Assembly: GCF_006345805.1 (NCBI RefSeq) | Contig: NW_021831824.1 | Span: 1-64,000 of the forward strand | Length of the DNA stretch: 64,000 nt | Direction: 5' to 3' | Source of the DNA: Octopus sinensis | Taxonomy: Eukaryota | Shown here: positions 12,223-24,882 of the stretch, piece after piece | How positions within the stretch are numbered: the stretch's first letter is position 1 | Layout: every line of letters starts with the position of its first letter | Notes under the pieces: model-generated | Seen by the model: the letters and a program-made list of their open reading frames with translations, nothing else | Database searches by the model: none | What the model was told of the DNA's origin: nothing | Translations under genes and position numbers: made by a program

Positions 12223-13171
12223 TGTATGTATGTATGTATGTATGTATAAGACTATATTTCGTATTGCCTGGCACTTCAAATTTCACCTAACGGCTTATTC
12301 AACCAGATCTGACTCAGTATTTAGTCACCGAATAACTGAATGGTACTTTATTATTGTTAAAACTAGCTTTGGAATGCTAAATTCAATACACACACACACA
12401 TACACACATATACACACACATACACACATACACACAAAGAAACAAACACACACACATTCATACATACATGCATATACATACACACACATAGATAAAAGAG
12501 CGCCCTCCTTGGAATTTAGATAACATCAGCTCGGTAGTGGTGTGTGTATGTTATCTTCACACTTATGCATGTGTATATACGTTTGTTTATCTATAGTTTC
12601 CTCTTTGCACTTACTACGAGCCAAACTTCTTGAATTCCTTACATAATTCAACAGTTCCATTAATAGCTTGCAATTACAGTTCATTCATTAGCAGCACTGT
12701 TTGCAATGGAATAAATCCTACCTTCTCAAGATTTATGCTTATGTTAATAATTACACAACGAAAACCCTCCAATAATTACAGGTATAAATTTCTAGGTTAA
12801 GTCCGGCTGTATTATTATCTGCATATATTTTCATTAGTTCGCTATTGACATTTCATCTGTCTTTAATCTTTAACAGACTTGGGTGTGTGGTTAAGAAGCT
12901 CGACTGGCAATCACGTGGTCTCGGGTTTGGTTCCACTGCACGGCACCTCGGACAATTGCCTTTTACTATAGCCCAGGCCATATATATATATACATACATA
13001 CATACATATATTCACTCATAAACACACATACACGCACACATCCAGGCCACCGGCCCTCTTTCACACGCACATACATACTCTCTTATACACACACGCACCT
13101 TCGTGTTGGGGGTCATCTTTACTTTATTATCTCAACTACTTTCCCACTCGTGTGTGACCCTTCTGTCAGAG

Positions 13172-13378
13172 TCAGTCGCCATGATAGATCGTTAGCCACT
13201 ACACACATTTTTTTCTTTCCTTGTTTCTCTCCTTGTTTTTACTGTGTCCCTTTCTGTAGAAGAGCGTAGGCTCGAAACGTAAAATACTTTTTCTATTCCT
13301 GAGCGTTATACTAATACAGCTGTTTGTTTTGTACACCACCTGTCTTCGTCTTTCGTTTTTTTTCGTAAAATCTCCCTA
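13172..13378 (+). mobile_element. Penelope-like terminal fragment family P2 with minimal hammerhead-like motif
   Basis: ttt-CTGTAGA-a-GAGC-gtag-GCTC-GAAACGTA-aaa at 13251-13284. Homology to 741-938 begins at the same cagtcgccatgat. Ends at TA/CA repeats. Confidence 0.6.
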
Positions 13379-13385
13379 TATACAT

Positions 13386-13468
<83 letters not shown>

Positions 13469-14372
13469 TGTGTATGTATTTGTACACCCACCCACCGTCT
13501 GACAACTGGCATTTGTTTGTTTACATCTCCGTAAACCAGTGATTTGGCAAAAGAGTTCGATATAATAAGTACCAGGCTTAACACTTAAATACTTGGATCG
13601 ATTTGTCAGGCTAAATCTAATTTATCTAAGCATGCCGTTGCTGGTGGATACTTGCTACTGATGATGCTCAAAGAAACAGAAATCCCAGATTTAGCAATTG
13701 CACCATCGTGGCTGAAAGCTCTCCGTCTGTGACAGATACACTTGTCTTCTTTTAGCACAATACGTCTGTATGAGATGCTTTCTCGGAACGAATACCGCAG
13801 TTTCAGTAAGATATACAGCATGCAACTTTAAACTAATACTGCTTTCATCGCTAATAAAGAAAAAGATGAAATTAATGCCTGTGTTACAACTTAGTTCTAC
13901 TTCCTAGCTCACTTTCTTTTCTTCTGTCCTGGACACTGCCTAGATTTTACAACGGCTTTAAACGTAATATTTAAACACTAATTCCTTCGTATTTTGGAAG
14001 ATTATGCCCGACTCACAATTGTTACATATTGCTTTATCTTCTGGGCTATCGTGCTAAGATCTGCATAAAAAAGTCCGTTGGACACTACTCCATGTTTGTA
14101 TATTTCTAGTACCCCTTTTTTGCTTCTTCCATTGATAGAGCTAGCTTGTTCACCTCGCCATTTCTTCTCCCATTTAGATATCCAGTAGCTTTCAACTTGT
14201 CCCTTTGATGGGATGCCTTTTAGAGAGGTCGTGTTGTTTACGTGCTTCGATGCTACGATAGACTGATGTATGGATGGATGTAAGTGCCTAATTCATTTAT
14301 ATATACACACACACACATTCATATACGTATCTATTATATGTAAACATGTATATATGTGTATTTATAAACATA

Positions 14373-14427
<55 letters not shown>

Positions 14428-15617
14428 TTATATAGACATGTATGAATATATATATATTATATATATATAATACAGGTGTATTAGGTAAAGTAATATAGTT
14501 GTATGTATATATGTTTCTATATATATGTTCACATATATATGTTCATATATATACACACACATAAATAAAGACTTATATATATATATATAATACATACACA
14601 CACATACATACATATATATATATATACATATATATAAACGTATCTATATATGCAAACACGTATGTATATAACTATATGCATACATACACACATACATGTA
14701 TTTATATAGGCCTGTACGTATGCCCGTATGTATATATGTATGGATTTACGTCTGTATTTATATATACGCGCGAGCCTGTGTGAGTATCTAGGTGTGCATG
14801 TGTCTGTTTTTTTTTACTTTTTTTCAAATAACAGACGTTGTACAGTGTTTGCAGTGAAATATTTTTTTATGGCATTAAGAAAAATACGAAGCGAAACGAA
14901 AGAAAACAATTTCATTTGTAAATGATTAGAGAACACACACAGACGCACACAACACAAACACACTTATACATACATACATACATACATACATACATACATA
15001 CATACATACATACATACATACATACATACATACATACATACATACATACATACATACATACATACATACATACATACATACATACATACATACATACATA
15101 CCTACATACATCCATACGTACATATATATATATATATATATACATAGCCTCGGAAACAATCGCATGCTGCAGGACTTCTTACTGTTTCCGGTAAGAAACA
15201 TTAGATAGTGGCTACGTATATTGTGTTGCTATTAAAACCAAGAAATGAATAAACTTTCGGAACGTGTTGTTTGACTTCAAAGACAAATTAGTACAATACT
15301 TTAAAACTGTTTCTCATGGCAATTGTAAACATGAATCTAGATTGTACTCAACAGTAAAAGTAAAAGAAAAAAAAAGTGATAATAGTGATAAAAAAAAACA
15401 CAGAAAGACGAAAAGAGAGAAAAAAACAAACAAATCTGTTATAATAGTTTTATGTATATAGAGAAGATATTTGAAGCCATTCTCTGACAAAAGAAAAATC
15501 TCTGCCAGAAATCTTACATTTTACCTTCTTCACCCGACAGTCTGCAAGTGAGGAAATTCACAAATATATATATATATATATATATATACATACATACACA
15601 CATACACACACACACAC

Positions 15618-15673
<56 letters not shown>

Positions 15674-15927
15674 ATAAATGTGCCCTTTTAAAGCCTAGCC
15701 AGGCTCATGGGTCCGGTTTCCAGGTTTCTATGGCGTATGTGTTCCTCCCAGCTGGATGGGACGCCAGTCCATCGCAGCGTTACTCATTTATGCCAGCTGA
15801 GTGGACTGGAACAACGTGAAATGAAGCGTTTTGCTCAAGAACACAACGCGTCGCCCGTCCAGGAATCGAAACCACAATCTTACGGTCATGATGCTGATAC
15901 CCTAACCACTAAGCCACGCGCCTCCAC
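15674..15927 (-). mobile_element. full-length SINE family C (short-tail subfamily) inserted in (TA)n
   Basis: Reverse complement matches 20941-21190 and 21855-22110; A box tggcttagtggttaggg, B box gtttcgattcc. Confidence 0.9.
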
Positions 15928-15928
15928 A

Positions 15929-15984
<56 letters not shown>

Positions 15985-15995
15985 TACATGTTATA

Positions 15996-16089
<94 letters not shown>

Positions 16090-16584
16090 TGCATACAAAT
16101 ACATACATATACATGTGAATAGAGTTGCAACATGGTCTGATTTTTACGTTTATCAGGGTTCATTTGAGGCTGAATAACAACACTACGGTCAATTTCTATA
16201 TATTGACACCCGCACGATTTTTACTAAGAAACAAATTTGATTTTTTGAGTGGAATCATGTACCCTGACCGCCTAATATGCTGCAAATCCATTATTTGGGT
16301 TCGAAAAAAATGAGGGGCCCCCCACCCCAATCCCGGAATCATTGGGAATTTTTTTCTTTCGTTGAATGAATTCCTGTGACCTCCTAATATTGCAAAATTA
16401 AGTTACTTCAGGTGACCCTGGTAACTGATGTTTTTGGGGCCTTGTTTGTAACTTTTGGTGAACCATGGTGCAAGCAACAACATGGAAAAATTCCTGCCAT
16501 TAATTTGGTGTGGATGGGTAATATCAAATAATTCAATCACAACATATATTTTAGTTAAACACGAAAAAAAAAAAAATTTTATCA

Positions 16585-17155
16585 TCACTTACATGGAAAA
16601 ATTGAAATATTATTGTTCAGTATTTTATAAGGTAAAATCTTAGATTATTTATTGACATATGCCTGGAAAACTCATGAAGTACATAGAAAGTAATATTCTT
16701 AAGATTATAAACCTGTAAAAGTATAGGACAAACTATTACTTCTTGTAAAGTAAGGAATAAGAAACTTTTTACTTAAAATATTGCAGCTAAATTTAAAATT
16801 TGAATATTAAACATTATTTTTTTTATACTTTACAAATAACACTATACCTATTTAAGTAGAATTTGGCTAATTTGCTACCTTAAATACAGAAAAAAGTGAC
16901 TAATTAGACAAACATGCAAATTCGCTGAACAGTTTTGTACTATAAATTTATAAGATGAGAACTGTAAAGAGTGATAAATTAGAAAAACTGGCATTCTTTG
17001 CTGCAATATTTTAAGTAAAAAGTTTCTTATTCTTTACTTTACTAGAAGTAATAGCTTGTCCTATACTTTTACAGGTGTAATAACTTGTCCTGTACTTTTC
17101 CAGGTTTATAATCTGAAGAATATAACTTTTCATGCTCGCATTTTTCCATGTAATA
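16585..17155. mobile_element. foldback/MITE-like element with long inverted arms
   Basis: 16686-16787 (ttataaacctgtaaaagtataggacaa...aaaatattgcagc) is inverted at 17000-17130; ttacatggaaaaa (~16589) is mirrored at ~17141-17153. Confidence 0.65.
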
Positions 17156-17159
17156 TATA

Positions 17160-18930
17160 TAAAATCATTTAAGAATAAAATATGTCCTTACAATAAGGTG
17201 AATAAAATAAAGTCTTCTTCCGAAAAGCGAATAAAAAACATCGTAGGCATTGAGATTGGATTTTTTTCAAAAACCACTTGTAAATAATCCAAAAGAATAA
17301 GTAATCCAGTTTAGATAAACTTTTGGTAGTAATCCTCTTACGACCGTTTCAGGGGCATAGTAATCCATAGATTTTAAGTGTATTTTCACTCCAAATATTG
17401 GACACTGCCTCCTTCATCATAGAGTATATTATTCAGGATTCACATTTCATGCAATGTTGTACTGGGGAGGTGAGATTTAGTTATATACGGAGGTGCAGTT
17501 GTTAATAGGAGGAGGAAATGTTATAACAGAAAATATGGCAAATGCAATTTAGAAAATGTTATAGATGTTAAGTAGATAATAATTGATCAATATGAAGTTA
17601 TTGGATGGCAGGAGTATAGAGATTAATTAAAATATAGATAATTAAAGATTTGATGGTTAATTTATCGAGGTTTATCGAAATATTCAAATGTTGAAGGATA
17701 TCTATGATTACAGGAAAATATAGCATCCGAGAACTTATTTAATGATATAGGCTCATATTGACGAAGAATATTCATGGATTCTCTAATGCACAATTTACAT
17801 ACATGCGTAATTGTATTGTGTTGGGTTGTGTGGGTTGCTTCTGCTATTACAGACCAAGATAATGAGTAGTGTATATTTTTTAGTTTATGTTCTTGTATAT
17901 ACGAAGCTAGTGTTGTAGATTTATATTTTACGTTAGTAAAAGAATTTAAAAGGGCCCTATATTTATATTTTTACGTTAGTAAAAGAATTTAAAAGGGCCC
18001 TATATTTATATTTTTACGTTAGTAAAAGAATTCAAATGGGCCCTATATTTATATTTTTACGTTAGTAAAAGAATTTAAATGGGCCCTATATTTATATTTT
18101 TACGTTAGTAAAAGAATTCAAATGGGCCCTATATTTATATTTTTACGTTAATAAAAGAATTTAAATGGGCCCTATATTTATATTTTTACGTTAGTAAAAG
18201 AATTCAAATGGGCCCTATATTTATATTTTTACGTTAGTAAAAGAATTTAAATGGGCCCTATATTTATATTTTTACGTTAGTAAAAGAATTCAAATGGGCC
18301 CTATATTTATATTTTTACGTTAATAAAAGAATTTAAATGGGCCCTATATTTATATTTTTACGTTAGTAAAAGAATTTAAATGGGCCCAAATTTATATTTT
18401 TACGTTAGTAAAAGAATTTAAATGGGCCCTATATCGACTTTAAAGTCTACACTGCTTCCTTTATAAACTCTTGCCCTCTGTGTATCAAGGATCTCCTCAG
18501 AACACCTAGGTTGATTGAAGTCAATGTAAACAAGAGATATGAGACAGCATTGCCTTCTTGTAGAGATAGGTATGAGAGGATTTGGTGAAAGCAGGGTTCA
18601 CTCGATACCCAGGGGTTTTGGACTGGCTGCAAAGGAAAGAAAAAAAGTGTTGCTAGAAAATTGTCGAAGCCGCGGTGAAAGCATGCCATTGCATCTGGGT
18701 CATGAGAGAGGATGAGCGGCGCCGCGAAACGAACATTGAGGATGATAGAAACATTTGGTTCAGAGTTGCAACATCCGACTCTACAAAGCTCGCGTTGTTG
18801 CGTGGGAGTCTTGTAACTTACATCGGTGAGTGACGCCGAGCAACTCTAGAGACGCGGTGGAGCGAGGTGGGAGCGAAACACCTACAGAGCTTGTTTCACT
18901 GTCTAATGAGATGCCGACTTCTACATTCGT
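17160..18930 (-). mobile_element. Penelope-like retroelement remnant: GIY-YIG endonuclease, 3' UTR and decayed hammerhead
   Basis: Minus-strand translation, with one frameshift and the array collapsed: CLISLVY...RVYKGSSVDFK-RYRAHLNSFTNVKYKSTTLASYIQEHKLKNIHYSLSWSVIAEA...CKLCIRESMNIL..SLNK..SCNH. This fits the PLE endonuclease pattern YIGxTxxFKxRYxxHxxSF..TxLSxxIWxLK..WxI..CxLCxxE..LN..CxH. Confidence 0.8.
17920..18433. repeat. 43-bp minisatellite, ~12 copies, inside the PLE GIY-YIG coding region
   Basis: gggccc recurs every 43 bp (17952, 17995, 18038 ... 18382, then 18424). Unit ttatatttttacgttagtaaaagaatt(t/c)aaatgggccctatat. Confidence 0.95.
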
Positions 18931-19784
18931 AGTATAGCAGAACCTTCAGCACAAAAATGTTTACCGTAAACTGTGCAATGACAGTATAACAGCTGTCCAA
19001 TAATACTAAACAGATGTACATTAATGTGAATTAGCTGTAGAATAGTTACATCACATCTGTATAATAAATGCTGAACTGTCTGTCACAACACAACTGTACA
19101 ACATGTGTACAACAGTCGTACAATGACCGAACAAGAAATATCCGATAAGAGTTGAAAACCCGATACTTGTGCACAATAGCTGTACACTGACAGTATTATG
19201 CCTACGATATATACGAAAGCTATACAACAGCGCTATAATGAGCGTACAAAATCTTTACGCTGGTGGTACGATAAACAACGTTAAAATCAGCTTTATTGTA
19301 AATCTAACGTCTAAAAAGATGTCGAGGTTGTGCATTAATAGTGAAAATGTCAATAAATTCAGATGTAGGATAACATGGAAGACATAACGTCCCAACGATA
19401 TGATGACTTTGATGACTTTTGCAGAATATACACTTTCTGCACTTCCTATTTTCCCCCGTATACCGAACCATTACCAGCTCTGTCAGAACAATTTTATCGA
19501 CTCCAGATGTTCAAAGCAAACAACCTTTTTTCGTTCTTTTTTTCTTTCTTTGTTTCCTCAATTTTATTTCTTCCGTCTTCTCACAAGACAACTTTTAACT
19601 TTTAACGAGAAATTACTTGCATCAGCTACGAGAAAATCTAAACTCCATTAATTCTAATAGGAAAAGCTTAACAAATGGATCAACATGCAATCTAATACCT
19701 CGCTTGCAAGTGTAAACCTTCTCTTTAGAAGAACTGCGAGTTGGATGAAATAAAAGAAAGCTGTATTTATAGATTTATAGATAA

Positions 19785-20380
19785 GGCGGCGAGTTGGCAG
19801 AACCGTTAGCACGCCGGGCGAAATGCTTAGCGGTATTTCGTCTGCCGCTACGTTCTGAGTTCAAATTCCGCCGAGGTCGACTTTGCCTTTCATCCTTTCG
19901 GGGTCGATTAAATAAGTACTAGTTACGCACTGGAGTCGATATAATCGATCTAATCCGTTTGTCTGTCCTTGTTTGTCCCTTCTGTGTTTAGCCCCTTGTG
20001 GGTAGTAAAGAAATAGGTATTTCGTCTGTCGTTACGTTGAGTTCAAATTCCGCCGAGGTCGACTTTGCCTTTCATCCTTTCGAGGTCGATAAATTAAGTA
20101 CCAGTTACGCACTGGGGTCGATATAATCGACTTAATCCGTTTGTCTGTCCTTGTTTGTCCCTTCTGTGTTTAGCCCCTTGTGGGTAGTAAAGAAATATGT
20201 ATTTCGTCTGTCGTTACGTTTTGAGTTCAAATTCCGCCGAGGTCGACTTTGCCTTTCATCCTTTCGAGGTCGATAAATTAAGTACCAGTTACGCACTGGG
20301 GTCGATATAATCGACTTAATCCGTTTGTCTGTCCTTGTTTGTCCCTTCTGTGTTTAGCCCCTTTGGGTAGTAAAGAAATA
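19785..20380 (+). mobile_element. SINE family A trimer with 15-bp TSD
   Basis: One full unit plus two ~183-bp near-identical units; TSD tgtatttatagattt at 19762-19776 and 20381-20395. Confidence 0.9.
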
Positions 20381-20940
20381 TGTATTTATAGATTTTGTGT
20401 AGCATGCCATCTCGTTCTTTAGACTCTGATTTCGAATCCCGGCAACGGTAGAACGATTTAGCATCACCTGGTCGATAAAATAAGCATTAAAAGTTTTGTT
20501 TTCGCTTTTTTTCCTCTCATTTTTTCTACCTGTTCTAAGTCAAGCAGACCTATGTTCAAAGATTTTATTCCAGCATTAATCATCTTATCATGTGCTTTAT
20601 TCAGACATAATTTATCTAGAATTACAAAACCTGATGTTTCTTTTTCAAAAATGTGTGATTTGATGCATATTTTGTTGCTATTTCTAGCAAATCGACGGAC
20701 CACATAGAGAGGCTTTATTAAAGTTTTCTCAACTAGACTAAGGTTACATTACTCAAATTATAAACTCTCGTTCTTAATATATTGAAAAAAGAAATTAGGT
20801 AACGTCGGACTATAACAGCCCCGAGTTTGCTGACCTTGTGCCAGATTTTGAAAACAATAAACTAAGATTACAAGAAGGGAAACAGAATGGTGGAAACGTC
20901 ATGGATAGAATACATTTCATATTACTTTTTCACAACCTCG

Positions 20941-21195
20941 TGGAGACACGTGGCTTAGTGGTTAGGGTGTCAACATCATGATCGTAAGATTGTGGTTTCG
21001 ATTTCTGGACCGGGCGACGTGTGTTCTTGAGCAAAATACTTAATTTCACGTTGCTCCAGTCCACTCAGCTGGCAAAAATGAGTAACGCTGCGATGGACTG
21101 GCGTCCAGTCCAGCTGGGAACACATGCGCCATGGAAACCAGGAAATCGGGCCCATGAGCCTGGCTAGGCTTTAAAAGGGCGCATTTATTATTTAT
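20941..21195 (+). mobile_element. SINE family C (short-tail)
   Basis: tggcttagtggttaggg A box, gtttcgatt B box, ends aaaagggcgcattta(ttta)n. Confidence 0.9.
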
Positions 21196-21854
21196 TTATC
21201 TTTATATCTATCATTTCATAATAGAGTTATTGATAAGTTCTTTATCAAACGGCGGTGCATCAGCATGGCCGCAGCTCTGAGCTGAAACTTTAATAGAAAA
21301 AAAATAAAAATAAAAATAGAAAAAAACCCTATATGTACAAGAACAACGTCTGTAATTTTTAGGATATATTACCCTATGTGTTTAAGTGTTAGTTTAATTG
21401 TTTAAATGTTGGGCTCATGATCATTAAGACATGGGTTCTCGGAGCTGGTGACACATCGTCGTATCGTCGAGCAAAGTACTTCATTTCGCTTTAACCCAGT
21501 AAACTGAAAATTAACGGCCCCACCAGCTGAGGGTTATCAGTATGTCGGATTGACGCCTTGTACTTTCATTCGCTTAATTTTTTTAGATACAAGGATGGGA
21601 TCCAACTTTAATGATGCGGTTGGCGTGACAGCCTCTATTTTCATTCTATTCGCTCCCTAGTTTTCGTTCCGGGCATTGACATAGTTAAAGGATGTCGTGG
21701 AGTTTCAAATATAAGTAACACAATTGAAAGAAATTGTCAAAATCTGTAATTCAAAATTGGTAGAATATGACGAGCGTAAGACAATGTACTTAAGTTAAGA
21801 CAAGGCAGATTTTCTTGTGGAGCTTATATTTTCTCAACAGTATCATATATCTCA

Positions 21855-22117
21855 GTGGAAGCGCGTGGCTTAGTGGTTAGGGTATCAGAATCATGATCGT
21901 AGGATTGTGGTTTCGATTCCTGGACCGGGCGACGTGTTGTGTTCTTGAGCAAAACACTTCATTTCATGTTGCTCCAGTCCACTCAGTTGGCAAAAATGAG
22001 AAACGCTGCGATGGACTGGCGTCCCATTAAGCTGGGGAACACCTACGCCATGGAAACCGGGAAATCGGGCCCATAAGCCTGGCTAGGCTTTAAAAGGGCG
22101 CATTTATATTATTTATT
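21855..22117 (+). mobile_element. SINE family C (short-tail) with 14-bp TSD
   Basis: TSD tatcatatatctca at 21841-21854 and 22118-22131. Confidence 0.92.
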
Positions 22118-23369
22118 TATCATATATCTCATATATAGGGAGCTAAGATGGCGGCGTAAGAGAATCGCTGCCAATCAGTGCATTGGAGGATAACACCGTA
22201 ATCTAGCTAAGAAATAGATAACAAGGAAGATTTCAGTTTCCTCCGTTAGCAAAATTTGAATTTCTGTGGCGTTGAAAAATCAGTTATATTGGACGCCAGT
22301 TAATTATTGCAAATTTTTATAATGACCGATTTGGTAAGGTACCACACAAAAAAATTACGAGAGATTTGAAATGATCATGTAAGGATAAGGCTATTGATCA
22401 TGTGATGATAAGGCTATTGGTAGAAGATCCTGAGACTGGTTACAGGGTTTTTCATTCTAATTGGTAAGGCTCTTATTTCTAGGGGTTCATCCTGAACAGA
22501 TTTATAATTGGAAGTAAACTAACAACTTAGCAAAAAGCGAACATTCGCCATATCGTCGCAACCACAGACACCTTGTTCTCATTTCTGACTGTTAAATGTT
22601 TCAACGTTTTGTTGATAATGTCAAATTATAAACATTATCATTTGAATAATATTTATTCTTACGTTAATAATACCCTGTCCTATTTATATTTATTATTCAT
22701 ATATTAATAATATAGGGTCATATAAATAATATTTATTCAATCAACCAGTCATACGTCTGCACAAACATACGGACATATAGACTCGCAAACACAATATATA
22801 TGAATATATTTCTTTATTATTTTTACATTGACTTCAAAGTTTTTATTGATAGACAAAAGTTTTCCTTAGTGATATCCAATTCTACCGTTATCTATTTGAA
22901 TTATGTAAACAGTCAGTTCGTATGTTTATATGTCTACATATATGTCTGTGTCTAATTGTGTATGTAAGTCTGTATGTGTAAATGAGGGTGTATGTGGAAG
23001 GGAAAGCGCTTCCTTGTTTGAAAATGGAATGGTTTAGAGGGACTAAAAGGCAAATCCCTTCCGGGTCTGGCGAAAGAAATATTTATAGAATAGTGTCGCG
23101 CTGGAGAGAAGGAGATGAAGGGAAACAAGATGGGATCATGCGCACACACACGTATATTGTCATTTTTATGTGTGTGTACATACATACGCACACACATATA
23201 GGTATGTATGTATATGCAAAAATGCTAGTACTAAAATCTTTGTGATAAGTAATATTCGTAGCTACTTTAACATGGCTGTCCGTTCCAGCGGACTCTACTG
23301 CGATTTGTTTAACCCCAAGAGGACAACTCCCCTGGCTGGTTAACGGTGCAGAGCTACATCCGATACTAT

Positions 23370-23450
23370 TGCGAGCAGATGCAAGAGATTGCAGACCTGT
23401 TTCAGAATGGCTGACAAGATCGCAATCGCCAGCATACAAAAGTTCCTTAA
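23370..23450 (-). mobile_element. LINE (RTE-like) reverse transcriptase fragment
   Basis: IKELLYAGDCDLVSHSETGLQSLA resembles ELLYADDxxLxAxSxxxLQxL. Confidence 0.65.
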
Positions 23451-23504
23451 TGTGTGTGTGTGTGTGTGTGTGTACACACATACGCACATGTAGAAATGCA
23501 TTAT

Positions 23505-23893
23505 ACATATATATAAATCTGAAGTTGTGTGTGTATGGTAGGTTTGGTAGCCTTCAACTAACACTATCTCCTCCGAGACCCTGCGGCACAAGTCGACCAA
23601 AATTCAAAGTATGATAGAAGAAGGCTTGTTCTTCCTTCCGTAGAAGAAAAAATTCAAATCAGAAAAAAAGCACCTTTTTGAAGTAAATAATTTTTCGTGT
23701 TAACATGTTCTATGAAAATCCCTATTTTTTACGATTTTTTTACTGCTGTGTCGCCATTTTTTGGTATATTTCAACCAGAAAAATGTTCACTTAAAGAGAA
23801 TAACAACGTACATAATGCAAAATTGTTACTTTTCAAAAATTCCAATTCTAAAGGGTCGAAACAAACCCGAGCAACGTCGGGCGATACTGCTGG
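23505..23893 (+). mobile_element. non-autonomous Helitron
   Basis: 3' hairpin cccgagcaacgtcggg then cgatactgCTGG|T; same 3' end as 46896-47281. Confidence 0.7.
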
Positions 23894-24314
23894 TACATAT
23901 ATAAATTCTGCCGGGTCCACTTTGCTTTTCATCATTTCGGGGTTGATAAATCAAGTACTAGTTGAGGGAGTAATCAACTTAACCCCACCCCTAAACTTGC
24001 TGGCTTCGTGCCAAAATTGACACCAATATATGTGTGTATACGTACGTGTATTTCTGTACCTGACTGTCTACATGTGTGACTGTACGCGTATGTGTTTTAT
24101 TTATAGGAATTACAAATCACAGCATTTTGTTCGACGACAAGAGTTAACGGATTTTATCTGACCAATTTGTTTTATCTGACCAATTTGACAAATGAACTCT
24201 AATATTATGGAATGATTATGTATTTTAAACACATAATCTTGAGAATATTCAGACAACCAAGGAAAACGACATGGCGCTACTTGGAGGTTAGCTATGGGTA
24301 CAAAAGTTTCCTTA

Positions 24315-24422
<108 letters not shown>

Positions 24423-24615
24423 TGTGTGTATACAATCTGAGCGTATTGCAAAAATCGGCACTACTTGGAACTACATGCATATTGCGTAAAGTACTGTCTG
24501 TTTGAGGTCCTTGTTGTGACTTTTCAGACAGGGCAAAACCCCCGGGAGGCACAATATCGTCAATAAACAACCTCACGATATTGTATACTGTGTGAAGTCT
24601 ATAATAATAATAATA

Positions 24616-24676
<61 letters not shown>

Positions 24677-24692
24677 AAGAAGAAGAAGAAGA

Positions 24693-24880
24693 ATCCTATC
24701 TACTCTAGGTACAAGGCCATGAATTCTGGTGAAGGGCTAAATCGATTACATCGAGCCCAGTGTTCAGCTGGTACTTATTTGATCGAAAGCGAAAGGATGA
24801 AAAGCAAAGACGACTTCGGCCGAATTTGAACTCAGAACGTAAAGACAGACAAAATACCGGAAAGTATTTCACCCGGCGTG
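24693..24880 (-). mobile_element. SINE family A after (AAT)n(GAA)n tract
   Basis: gaatttgaactcagaacgtaaagac and ctggtacttattt. Confidence 0.8.
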
Positions 24881-24882
24881 CA

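Noticed and set aside
13640-14240. Possible micro-exon (13755-13804) or old R4-like LINE fragment on the minus strand
   Set aside because: Signals are too weak and conflicting to call either.
17920-18433. CRISPR-like regular repeat
   Set aside because: Units are contiguous with no unique spacers, there are no cas genes, and the context is eukaryotic.
21855-21930. tRNA gene (also the heads at 19785, 20941 and 46158)
   Set aside because: A/B boxes belong to SINE heads that continue into SINE bodies, most with TSDs; no proper cloverleaf.
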